A DNA stretch of 64,000 bases. Source: Hyaloraphidium curvatum SAG 235-1 (taxonomy: Eukaryota; Fungi; Monoblepharomycota). Positions 10,591 through 21,154 of this stretch are shown here, one piece after another. Both the position numbers and the translations under genes were made by a program. The notes under the pieces are model-generated. The model was not told where the DNA came from, did not search any database, and was given only the letters and a program-made list of their open reading frames with translations. Position 1 is the first letter of the stretch. Each line of letters opens with the position of its first letter. The stretch covers positions 310,001 to 374,000 of the forward strand of contig JAIVFI010000033.1 of assembly GCA_025558095.1 (NCBI GenBank), written 5' to 3'.

Positions 10591-12205
10591 TCACGGCGAC
10601 GGGCATGCCGACTCCAACGTCAGAAACACGCCCAACCCCCGGAGCACGCTCCACAGCCCGATCGCGACGGTCAGAAACGTCCCCACAAGCGTCCGCATCA
10701 TCTCAAACCCGATTGCGAACCCCAGGAACCGCGCGCGGAACGCATCGGCCTGCCCGAGGTACGATCCCAGCACGGCCGCATGGCGTTCCGCCCCCGTGGC
10801 ACGCGCGGCGGGGTCCGCGGATGCGAGCTCCAGGAGCTCGCGCCGGGCGTCCGAGACGACGGACATGACCTCAATGACCTCGCTGTTCTGCACCGCGAGG
10901 ACGGCCAGGTCGAGGCAGAGGGTGAAGAGCTGCCAGCCAATCAGCCAGAGCTGCCATTGGAGGATGCAGGAGCCCGTGGCCTGTACGAGCATGGGGTGAG
11001 AGCTGCCTGTGGTGCATCAGAATGCGGCAACCTACCACGATGACGATGATGCCGACCACAACGTTTACCACGGTCGTGCCGAAATACTGGGCGGTGTGGA
11101 ACGCGATGGTGCGCCGTTTCCAGCTCGCAGCCAAGGCGGCATAGAGCGCGGGGTAAACCTCCTGCGCCCCTCCCGCCGAATCCAAAGAATCCGGAGCGGT
11201 GCGAATGCGGTGCACCAGCGAGGTCATGGCCAGCACCATTGTACGGCGGCGCAAACGCAGCGAGAAGCGCACCGGGGCCAAGATCGGTGCGATGCTCCCC
11301 AGAAAGCTCAGGGTCATGGTGCAGAGGCTGGAGAATACCGCCAGGGTGCCCAGGAAAGCACCCCACCACATGGGCCAAAACACGGGCCCGAAGGTTACGA
11401 GAGGGGTGTAGTACGGCGCGAGAAGAATGAACACGAGCGTGAACGCTACTCTGAAGAGGCCCAGGATGGTGTTCTGTCGCGCCGCAGCATCCGGCAAAGT
11501 TCCCGAGCACAAAGCGGCAAAGCACGGGCAATTGCCGTCTTCCGGGTCGTGCTCCACGAGCAGAGAAGGTGCGGCAACATTCAAATGTTCCTTGGCAGCG
11601 GCGCCCTCCCCGCCTTGGCCGCGCGCAGAGTGCGCCTGCCCAAGCTCCAGCCAACGAACGAAGCCGGCAAACGGGTGGCCGTCCAGCGTGGCGCCGATCG
11701 TAAACGGCAATCGATTGTTCCGCGTGCCTAACCGCCGCCGGAGGTTCCCCGAAATGAGCGCCTGGAGCGCCGTGCTGGCCAGGAAGGCAAAGCACCGCAC
11801 GACCGTCGCCGCGACGAGCTGCCGGTACCCAAAACGACCATCGTTCAGCAGCCACAAGCCCGTGAATAGCAAAGGGAAAGGCAGCGAGGCGAGGAAGTAG
11901 AGCTCGAACCACCACGCCATGACCCCTTGGAGCGCGAGCTGAACCCGAAGCTCGCGCGCCGCCCACGTTGCCCCGTGCGCCTGCAGCGCGTCGACCATCG
12001 AGCGCGGCGTGAGCTTCGGAGCGTCTGTATCGCCGGACGCGTGGTCGAGCGGCGGAGCGTCCAGAGAGAACGGCACGGGGACGGGCGGCGGCGACGGGAA
12101 GAGAGCCCGCCATTCCGCCGCGTGAACCGCAGGGGCTCCGCAAACGCCGCCGGGTCGCGGCGCCGGAGGACGCTCATCGTTCGACGCGTCGGATCGAACA
12201 GGCAC
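10591..12205 (-). CDS. Seven-transmembrane protein, candidate Gr/Or-like 7TM ion channel; start uncertain (GTG 12205 or ATG 11998)
   Basis: Two exons joined by an intron at about 10981-11035. Seven hydrophobic segments; C-terminal FRARFLGFAIGFEMMRTLVGTFLTVAIGLWSVL. Confidence 0.65.
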
Positions 12206-12396
12206 GTTCTCCCTGCTAGTTCATCGGGCTGTCTGGCTGTCTGCCGCGGCCAGCATGTGCAGCGGAGTGACGCCGCGATCGTGACCGGAGTAGTGAGACC
12301 ATATGCAGACGCCCCCCCTGCGGCATCTTTCGTCTCGGCCGTCCGAAACCCACCGCCGGGCGGGTCTACATAGAGCAGCAGCGCAGCCAACTCAAC

Positions 12397-14473
12397 ATGG
12401 GCCCGCGAACCTGTGGTGGGCTTCCGTACCGCGCCATCGCCATGACCCGTCTCTAATGCTAGCCGTTGAACGACGCCGAAGCGCGCTGCCACAACCTCAA
12501 GACGAAGTGCTCTTTCGCGTCAGCGGATGCCACTGTCTGCGAGCGATGCCTCCGTCTCGGACACGACTGCGTGAGCCACGTCCGCCGGAAGAGGCGGGGA
12601 GCGGCAGTCACCGCGGACGAGCCGCCTGCACCTTCTTCGGACACACTCCAACCGAATCCTGCGGGCGCCACGACTCGTGTGGCCCGCTTCCTGGAGGACT
12701 CCTCGTTTCTGGAGAGTACGTCGGTCCCAAGGCTCCATCCGTCCTCAGCACCGAACCCGGACATTCTCTTGCCGAGTGTTCGCGCCTACTTCCTGTTCCA
12801 AGGGCGCAGAGGAATCCTGGTCCATCGATCAACATTCTATCGCTCGCTTCGGAATCCAACGCTTTACGGCGCTCACCCACCTATGGCTTTGCTTTACTCC
12901 ATCGCCGCTGAAGGCTCGGGACTCGTTAATGTTCCCGGGATGAGCTTTTCAGACAAGCGGAAGGCTGGCCTGCGGTACTGCGAGATGGCCAGAGACCTTC
13001 TTCTTGCCGGATACTTTTCGCGGAGTCCGACAGAGAGGCAGATTACGGATGTTGAGGCTCTCCAAGTATGTCAACGGTTTCGTCCAGTTTCATTACCACT
13101 AACGGAAGTTCGATTGCTAGAGCCTGATTCTCATCTACAATCATTTCATTCCGGCTGGCAAAGGACCACAAACGTTCCCGTTGCTCCAGCGCATGGTGGA
13201 CCTAGCGGTTTCAACATGCCTTGATTCTAGCAGCGGAGCCACATGGGTCGGGTCGAGGAGACGACCGACGAACCCGTCAGAGTGGCTACTCATGGAACTG
13301 AAGACTCGGGCGTGGATCGGCGTGACTGTTACGGATGTCATTCACGCTTTTCTTGTGGGGCGGGAACCGCAGTTCCCTTTCTTCCGGTACCCCCTTCCGC
13401 TTCCTTGCCACGAGGCCTACTTTGATCTAGAGCCAGAGGAAGCCTACTGTCGTCTCTACCTGCCAACCGACGGTGCCGAGGAGCCCCCAGTCAGCGCCGT
13501 GTGCGACTTTTCTCCTCTCCTTGATGCAAGCATATCTCCCCAGTTGCAATCCCAGGTGATCTCTGCGATTATTCTGCCCACCTTTCAACGCCGCGCCTTT
13601 CTCTCCACCGCCCTCCTGTGCGTCGCATTTCTCCGTTTTCTCGGAATCCGAATGCGTGCCCACGCTAAACTGCACGGCATCAAGCCCCTTGAACTGCTTT
13701 CCCATCCTCCGTCGAACGATACTCCAGCGGAAGCAATGTACCGCCGGCTCCGTTGCCAAATCGACGCCCTTGTGACCGACATTTGCGACGCCATCCCCGC
13801 CGAGATCGCAGCCTCTTTTCGTGGGGGTTCGATCGGCCCGCTGCTCACTGGGTGGCCGAGGAACTTTACGGAACACTGGCACCCGCGCGTTCTTTTCGCG
13901 CACTTGGCCATGCTTGCGTCTCTCCGTCTGGAACTGGTGAGCTCCGAAGGAGATCCACGTGCAGCATCGCCCGCTCTCTTTTCGGCGCCGGAGTTTGTAC
14001 GTGGAGTCGAGACAGCGCTGCTCATCTCCAACTTCTTGGAAGCCCTATTGGACGACGATCCGGAGATGTTGCATTGCCATTTTATGTGCTTCTCGACGGT
14101 GGTCAGGGCCGGGTACTTTTTTTTGGGTGCGCTCAATGTGGTCAAGGGGTCTGTTGATAGCGAGGTCTGCGAGGTGTTGATGCGCAGTTGCGGAGTGGTG
14201 TTGAGAGCGATCAAGTGCATAGGCAATAGGCATCCGCCAATGGGTGAGTCCGGACTGAGTAGTTCTCCGACTGGCAGCTAAACTCGGCCACCAGGAGTCG
14301 CGGTGGCTCGGCAATTTGAAAACGCAATCCGAGCTGCTGGTGTTCTGGATCACTCGGCCAGGACAATCCTGATCTACGACCCAAGTGATTCGAGAACGTC
14401 CTCAAGTCTGTCTGTTGCATTTGCACAGACCACAATGTGTGTGGCGAGGTTGTTTCAGCCGTGGCTTCTTTGA
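12397..14473 (+). CDS. Zn(II)2Cys6 fungal transcription factor with middle homology region
   Basis: Splicing intron 12416-12481 gives MGPRTCARCHNLKTKCSFASADATVCERCLRLGHDC (six Cys). Followed by VRAYF...LVHRSTF, ELKTRAWIGVTVTD and LPLPCHE. The 3' exon is approximate. Confidence 0.88.
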
Positions 14474-14486
14474 GCTATATTCAATG

Positions 14487-15023
14487 CTAAGTGGATAGTG
14501 CACCGTGCCCCCGGGTTACTCCCCTTCTACGGCTGTGCATCCGGCAAGCCTTTTTTGAACTTCCTCGGCTGTGCCTGGCAGCCCAGGGCGCGCCCGATCC
14601 CCAAACCCGGCTGTTCTGCCGGCTGAAGCAGCCTGTCCATCTCTTCCTCGTCCTCCGGCGTGGCACGGCGGCGATTCCGGGCCAGGCGATCTCGTCATGG
14701 CCGCCCGAGGCGGCGCAGACCTCCTTCGCCGTCCCGATCCCCGCTATCGCGCCGCGACCATTCCCCCTCGCGAGCAGGGAGCACCACCCCGTCTGTCTCA
14801 CCCTCACTCTGAACCCCTCGCTCCCAGGCTCGGGTCCCGGCACACCGAGCCGATGACGACGAACGCGCGGCGGCCCGCATCTCGCACATGGGCGTTCCGC
14901 GACAATCACCAGCAAATCGATGTCGGCCAGGAGCAGGATTGCCGGAGTGCGATCCTGTCCCGGGAAGTAGTAGTGGTACAGCGCCTGCGACTCGGTGTAG
15001 TGAGGGAGGTCCTTAGGGTCCAT
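14487..15023 (-). CDS. Possible small hypothetical protein
   Basis: ATG 15023 opens MDPKDLPHYTESQALYHYYFPGQDRTPAILLLADIDLL with coding-like codons. The downstream structure is unclear. Confidence 0.25.
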   Translation of the reverse strand: MDPKDLPHYTESQALYHYYFPGQDRTPAILLLADIDLLVIVAERPCARCGPPRVRRHRLGVPGPEPGSEGFRVRVRQTGWCSLLARGNGRGAIAGIGTAKEVCAASGGHDEIAWPGIAAVPRRRTRKRWTGCFSRQNSRVWGSGAPWAARHSRGSSKKACRMHSRRRGVTRGHGALST

Positions 15024-15159
15024 TTCGGTGGCGAAACGCCGTCGGCGACACAGCCACTTCGAAACGCCGTCGGCGGCGGATAAGCTGCCGCAAAAGATCA
15101 TAAAGCTACCCTCATGAGCATCGCCGCCCCTCGCACTCGCGTTTTCTCGGCTGTCAGAT

Positions 15160-16864
15160 ATGCGCACCGTACTACTCGTTGTGCTCGCGGGAGTTCTCGC
15201 TGCGAGCCCTGCCGCGTCGCAGCTCAACTATGTCGCCTGTCCCCCGACGCCGTTGGGAGGGGGGGCCAACGACTGCGCGACGATGCAAGTGCCCCTCGAC
15301 TACGAGAACCCCTCGGGTGCCAAGATCGACTTCTTCATACGGCGGTACTTTGCCGGCCCTGCACCAACCAACCTCGCAGTCTGGATGCTCAATGGTGGCC
15401 CGGGGTTCTCAACCGTCGACTTCAGAGCCATTGCTCCGGCCCTTTTTGCCATAAACCCCAATGTCACGCTCTACCTTGCGGACCAGCGCGGCACGGGCCT
15501 CAGCACACCCTTGAACTGCGCGAATCCCCCCACAGTCGGCATTTTCGATCCGTACAACGCCACGGTCGTGAAGCAGTTTGATGACTGCAATCGGGACATC
15601 GCCTCCAAGTACGCTGCTACTGCCAAGTTCTACAGCACAGCAAATGCTGCGCGGGATTACATTGGGGCAATCAATGCGACGAACCCCGCCAAAGTTGGGC
15701 TTCAGTTCTTTCCTACCTTCCGCTGTTGCTGAAGAGCCGTGCCTCGACCTGCAGGTGTCCATCTACGCTCTCTCGTACGGCACCAACCTCATAAACACGT
15801 ACCTTATCCTCGGTGGCCGGGCGGACGCGGTGATACTCGATGGGCCCGTCGCACCTACACGCTGGGCTTTGGAGAACAATGCCGAGTGGGCAAGCACGGT
15901 TTCCCAGCAGATTCAGGCGCTTTGCGGCGCGCAATCCGCAAAGTGTTCCGAACGCATCGCGCAGACCGGTCAAATCCCTCGTTTTGTCATGGATTCGATC
16001 ATTGACGGGACGCTGCCTTGCCTTGCGAAAGTGCCGTGGCTGAATCAGCACACTGCGGCGACCTACACCTTACCCTTCACTTACAATGGACCGACCCAGG
16101 TGCTGAACGGCCCATTCTGGTGGCGCCTGTATCGCTGCACCGACTCGGACGCCGAGCAGCTCAATTTCTTCGGCGCGTTGCAGCAGGCGAACAATAAGGC
16201 TGCGGATCCATCCGTCTATTCTTACGGCCTTGCAGTCGTCCTCGGTGCTTCCGAACTGTACACGTATGCCAACAATACGGACATGACCTACGCAGCCCAA
16301 GTCAATCGCACTGCGCGCATGCTCACTGATGCAGGCCCGCAGCTCAGCGTCTCTCTCGCGCGCGAAACCGTGCCTCGATACAACCCCGATCCTCGAGTTT
16401 TCAAACGGTACGCCAAGCCTACAATGCCTGTCATGATTTTGGCGGGGACCCTCGACCCAAACACGCCCCAAGGTCTTGGCCCCTGGTTCCGCGATGGACT
16501 CGGCAACGCCACTCTCGTCACTGTCCCGTACGCGGCCCACGGAACTCTGGAGCCAACCGCACTCTGCGTCGGTTCGATCGCGTTCCCGTTCCTCCTGAGC
16601 TTTGGCGCTGTCAGACCCGGAACTGCCTGCCTGGCCAACATCACGGCACCCGATTTCCAGGGAGACTCGCAGCAAACCAAGCTAGCTTCCAGGCAGTTCT
16701 TTGGCACCACCGACGTCTGGAATGAGGACCAAAGGCCGATCAATCCCGTCACGACGACGACGACGAGGCCGTCGGGCGCAATCCGGGAAAGGTGGTCTTT
16801 TGCTCATGACCAGCCTTTCCTGTTTGCGCTGTCCGCGGCGGCGATCGGCCACGTCGTGCTGTGA
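15160..16864 (+). CDS. Secreted alpha/beta-hydrolase, S33/TAP-like peptidase, possibly GPI-anchored
   Basis: Signal peptide MRTVLLVVLAGVLAASPAAS; CATMQVPLDY, LNGGPG, DQRGTG, nucleophile YALSYGT, GTLDPNTP, AAHG. Thr run and hydrophobic tail; 1 intron. Confidence 0.85.
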
Positions 16865-17278
16865 ACATGCAGTACATCATCTCATTGTGCAGTTTGTGAC
16901 CGCCTTTGACCATCATCCGCACTTTTCCTTTTAGCGGCAACCAACGTGGATAAACGGACGGGCGTAGAGTTCGCCGGCACTTGCGGGCGACTCGCGGGTG
17001 ACTTGCATGCAATTTGCATGTGACTTACCTGCACAAAGGGGACGAAACTGTGTAACTGGGAGTCGCAATCTTAACGTCGATCAACGCGCATCTTGGAAGA
17101 GCGAACCGCCCGGCACCGGCTCTCCTCCGCGGCATGTTGCCCTGAAACCATCCAGATCAAGCAGCGATCCGTTGCATCGATTCGTCCTCCAGTATTGACC
17201 GCTCCTGGGAACGCACAGCGAAGAACGGCGGGCATGATGCGTGCGGGTCCGAGTGGTCCGGACGCCGATCCGAGGTTG

Positions 17279-17482
17279 CTACACCGCGTGCATGCACGAG
17301 CAGGTGTACTGCCAGACGGCGTTGTCGTTCCAGGAGGTTCCCTGCACGCCGGACCGGTTTATGTCCCAGACGGCGATGTCGTAGTTCGTCGGGTTGTAGA
17401 TGCAGAAGGCGTCCGCGGAGGGTGCCAGCGCACAGGCGAGCAGCAGCAGGGCAAGCAGCCGTGGCGTATGGGAGGACTTCAT
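17279..17482 (-). CDS. Small secreted Cys-containing protein (3' end uncertain)
   Basis: MKSSHTPRLLALLLLACALAPSADA|FCIYNPTNY: clear signal peptide. TATATA about 75 bp upstream. Confidence 0.5.
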   Translation of the reverse strand: MKSSHTPRLLALLLLACALAPSADAFCIYNPTNYDIAVWDINRSGVQGTSWNDNAVWQYTCSCMHAV

Positions 17483-18344
17483 TGTCGGCGTCTTTTGAGA
17501 TGGAGTGGACTTCAGAGCGGTACGACGCCGGCGCATTGCTGCCACTGGTGTCGTCTATATATGCCATCTTGCTGTCTCGAGGAAATTGCGACGTTCTCGG
17601 GGGATGTTCGACGAGTCAGGGCGGAGCGTCCCAATCAGCGCGGCGAAGGTCCCGCAGGAGGACGCGGGCTGCATGTCCGGCCGAGCTGAGGTACGCCCAT
17701 GCGACTTGAGGTCTTGAAGTTCATGGAGAAGCCGATCTACATGCTTTGACGGTCAACACTGGACGGAATGTGCGTCGGACAAGCGGGTCGGGCGGGGCCC
17801 GAAGGTCTGGCCCTCTTGAAGCGTCCTCGATTCCTCGATTCCCACTGCGCCCCCTTGGAATCCAGGCGCGATGCAACACGAGCTTGACATCTCCCAGCTA
17901 CCCCGATTGACCGTTCTGCCTCGCGGTGTACAGTCGCTTCACGCCGGGTCCGGGCCTCGGTTCCTCGCGCTCGAACAGCATAGCGAGACGAGGCAACCGA
18001 AGAGCCCTCATGGACGGAGCTCTCATGGATGCCAGGCGACGGCCAGAGTTGGAGCGGAGAAGAGATTCGATCCCCGCACCATGCTGTCGCTGAGATTCAT
18101 CGCGAGATCCGCGGAGACTCCGCCGAGGACCCTCGAGGAGTCAGAGGACGGTCCCGTGCTCTCGACAAGCGCTCACCAGGCCTGGACACACTAACGCCGA
18201 GCGACGCTGATCAATGCTTGGTACACAGCCTGGAGGGCAGCTCCTTCGGACGCACTGCGAAGAAGGGTGGGATGGAAGCGGGGCGCGTTTCCCGACCAAC
18301 GCAGCCCGCCCGGTCCGTCACCGAACGCCAAACAGCGCGTCGCG

Positions 18345-19239
18345 ATGAGACCACCTTCCTCCGCCGTTCCGCGGCTCGTCTCCGCCGCATCGTGCTCGCA
18401 GCTGCCGCGGGCGGGGACCGCGGTGCCCTCCCGCACCGCGTGGCGGCCCCGACATCGGTGCCACTCCAAGTCGTCCCCCGCTGCCCCCCCGTCCCTCCCG
18501 CCCCCGCCGCCGCTGCGCCACGTTCCGATCACGCCGCTGCAGCGCGCGCTGTACGCCGTCGGCTCGGCCGTCACCGCGCTCGTCAACCCGCTGCGCGGAG
18601 GTGGGCGCGCCGCGCACCGGTGACGCGTCCTCTCACCCCCGCCCGCCCGCACAAGACATGGTCGCCGTGCTCGGCGAGACCACTGGCACCTCTGCTCTGC
18701 GCCGCATCCGCGACCGCATGCTGCTCGACCGCGACGGCCGCCGCATACTGCGCGAGCGCCCGCGGATCGGCTCAGCGACGGTGGACATCGCCCGCCTGCG
18801 GTCGCTGCCGCCGGGCACCTTCGGGCGGGCCTACGCCGACTGGCTGGACGACCACGGCGTCACGCCGGACACGCGGATGCCGGTCATGTTCGTAGAGGAC
18901 GCGGAGCTGGCGTACGTGCTGCAGCGGTACCGCGAGGTGCACGACTTTTGGCACGCGCTGACGGGGATCGGCGTGACGGTCGAGGCGGAGCTGGCGCTCA
19001 AGTGGTTCGAGATGGTGCAGACGGGGCTGCCGATGACCGTCTTGGCGTCCCTGGCTGGCCCGCTCAACCTGCGCTCGGACGAGCGCGCGAGGCTGTTTTC
19101 GCGCTACGTGCCCTGGGCGGTCTCTGCGGCGGCGGACGCCAAGTTCCTCATGAACGTCTATTACGAGGAGCTGTTTGACAGGGACCTCGGCGAGCTGCAG
19201 AAGGAGCTCGGCATCGCGACCCCGCCGGCCGCGGACTGA
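18345..19239 (+). CDS. COQ4: Ubiquinone biosynthesis protein Coq4
   Basis: DMVAVLGETTG, LPPGTFG, YVLQRYREVHDFWHALTG, ELALKWFEMVQTGLPM, LMNVYYE; 1 intron. Confidence 0.96.
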
Positions 19240-19268
19240 TCCGGGCCGCGCATAGCACAGCCGGTGGA

Positions 19269-20391
19269 TCACTTCCTCGCCTTGTACTCCCTGACGATCC
19301 TCGTGATATCCTCCGTCATCCTCTCCACCGTGTCGATCTTGCCGTAGTGCCGCGCGTACCGCCCGGCCGGGTCCACGAGGTAGAAGAAGATGCTGTGGTC
19401 CACGAGGTAGTCCGTCTCGTCGTCGTCGAGCGCGCGGGGGGGCGCGGAGAAGTAGAGGCGGTACATCTTGGCCGCGGACTTGACCTGGTCGTAGGTGCCC
19501 GTGAGGCCGACCAGCTTGGGGTGAAAGTCTGATGTGGGGGAGGGTGAGCCGAACCGGGCGCGTGTCCCTCGCCGAGGCGCGAAGACCCACCCTTGACGTA
19601 CATCCTGACGGCCTCGACCGAGTCCCGCTTGGGATCACACGAGATGAAGATCGGCGCGAGCACGTTCGGCCCGACCTCCGGCGATTTCTCTGGAAGCCTT
19701 CCCGTCAGACCCTCGATCCAGCCAGCATCCATCCAGGAGAACACACCGAGGTTGTCGATCACCCTCGCCATCCGCTCCAGCTCCTCCGGGCACACGTCCG
19801 GGCAGTGCGTGAACCCAAAGTAGACGAACATCCACCTCCCCCTGAAATCCAGGTCCGTCCGCGGCACCCCGTCCTGGTCCACCAGCGAGAACGGGCCCCC
19901 CACGAGCGGCTTGCCGGCCTGCTGCTGCTGCCGCACGGGGTTGGCCGCGCGCTCGCGCTCCATGCGGTCCTTCTCGCGGGAGAAGTAGAAGAGGAGGCCG
20001 GCGGCGGTGGCGGCAAAGAGGGCGAGGGCGCGCCATGTGAGTTTCTGGGGCGGGAAGGGGGGTGAGGGCCCGCAAACGGGGGAGGCGCGGGAAGCGGTAC
20101 CTGGTAGTTGGTCTTTTCGTCCGCGCCGTCGCCGGGGTTGCCGCCCGGCACGGCCGAGTAGGCGCGGCAGACAAAAAGAAGATCGCGGTGGGGCAGCGGG
20201 GAGATCCGCGGGCCCGCAGGGGCCGGGAAGGCGCGCGATGCGGGTTCGCGCGGCAGCGCGCGGCGCGGGGCGAGGAGGGGCCACGGCGGGCGGGGCGCGC
20301 GCGCGGCGGCGCAGAATGTCCGGAGGCAGGGAGCCGCGCCGTTGGCCGGCGCGATGGGCGCCAAGGCGCGCGAGAGGGCCGTCCGACTCAT
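19269..20391 (-). CDS. SCO1: Cytochrome c oxidase copper chaperone Sco1/2
   Basis: GKPLVGGPFSLVD, YFGFTHCPDVCPEEL (CxxxC), FISCDPKRD, YLVDHSIFFYL; 3 introns. Confidence 0.96.
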
Positions 20392-21154
20392 GCCTGAGGT
20401 CTTGTTGACGGTGACGCGTCGCCCCGGTTGCGAGGTCGACTTGACGCGCAGCTGCTTAGCCTGCCGCGGGCCAGGATAATGACGGATGAAGACAGAGAAC
20501 GCTTAGATCCCCGCGGATGGAAGGATGTACTTAGTGAACACTTCGGCCGCTTTGATTGCTTTCAGGCCAGATGGCTAAACGTGTCAGTCACCGGCCCTCG
20601 GGGCAGCAACGCGTGATCGACCACCGGAACTCCATGAAAGCATCATACAGCATCAGCATTGAAGTGAATTTGCGGCCTTCTGCTGTGTTTTCGAGGCGTG
20701 CGGGTGCGACGAAAGAGCAGATTGCTTTTGCTTGCCCCGCGGCTCGTGAACGCCAGACCATCGTTCACACGGGCGCCGAGAACCCGCAGCCCACGCGGCG
20801 GCGCGGCAAGAAAGTCGGCGGCGTTCGTTGCCGTCGGTCCGTTTTGTAGCGGCGGGAATTTTCGGTGCGAAGTCTCGCGGGTTCGCCGTGCCGCGCAGCC
20901 GCGCAGCCGAAGCAAAGAGCGCGCCGCGGCCGTCTCACGTCCGCCGCCCACGAGCCGCCGCGTGACGCGCCGTCCGTCGCCGTTGTACGCCGCCGCGCCG
21001 AAGTGAGCCGCTGTCCGCCGGCAGCCGACCTCGCCGCCCGCCGGCCACTGCCCGCCGCCGCAGCCACAATGCCCCCCGCGCGTAGGCTGACGGGCCCGTG
21101 AGCTGCCGGAGGGGCGTATCGAGCTTTTGCTGCGAAAGCGCGGGGCACGCAACG

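Noticed and set aside
17700-18340. ORFs 17871-18194 and 18029-18895 upstream of COQ4
   Set aside because: No homology cues; the second overlaps COQ4 out of frame.
20428-20849. Short ORFs in the SCO1-PNUTS spacer (e.g. MTDEDRERLDPRGW...)
   Set aside because: No recognisable motif, splice pattern or codon bias; no identifiable ncRNA either.
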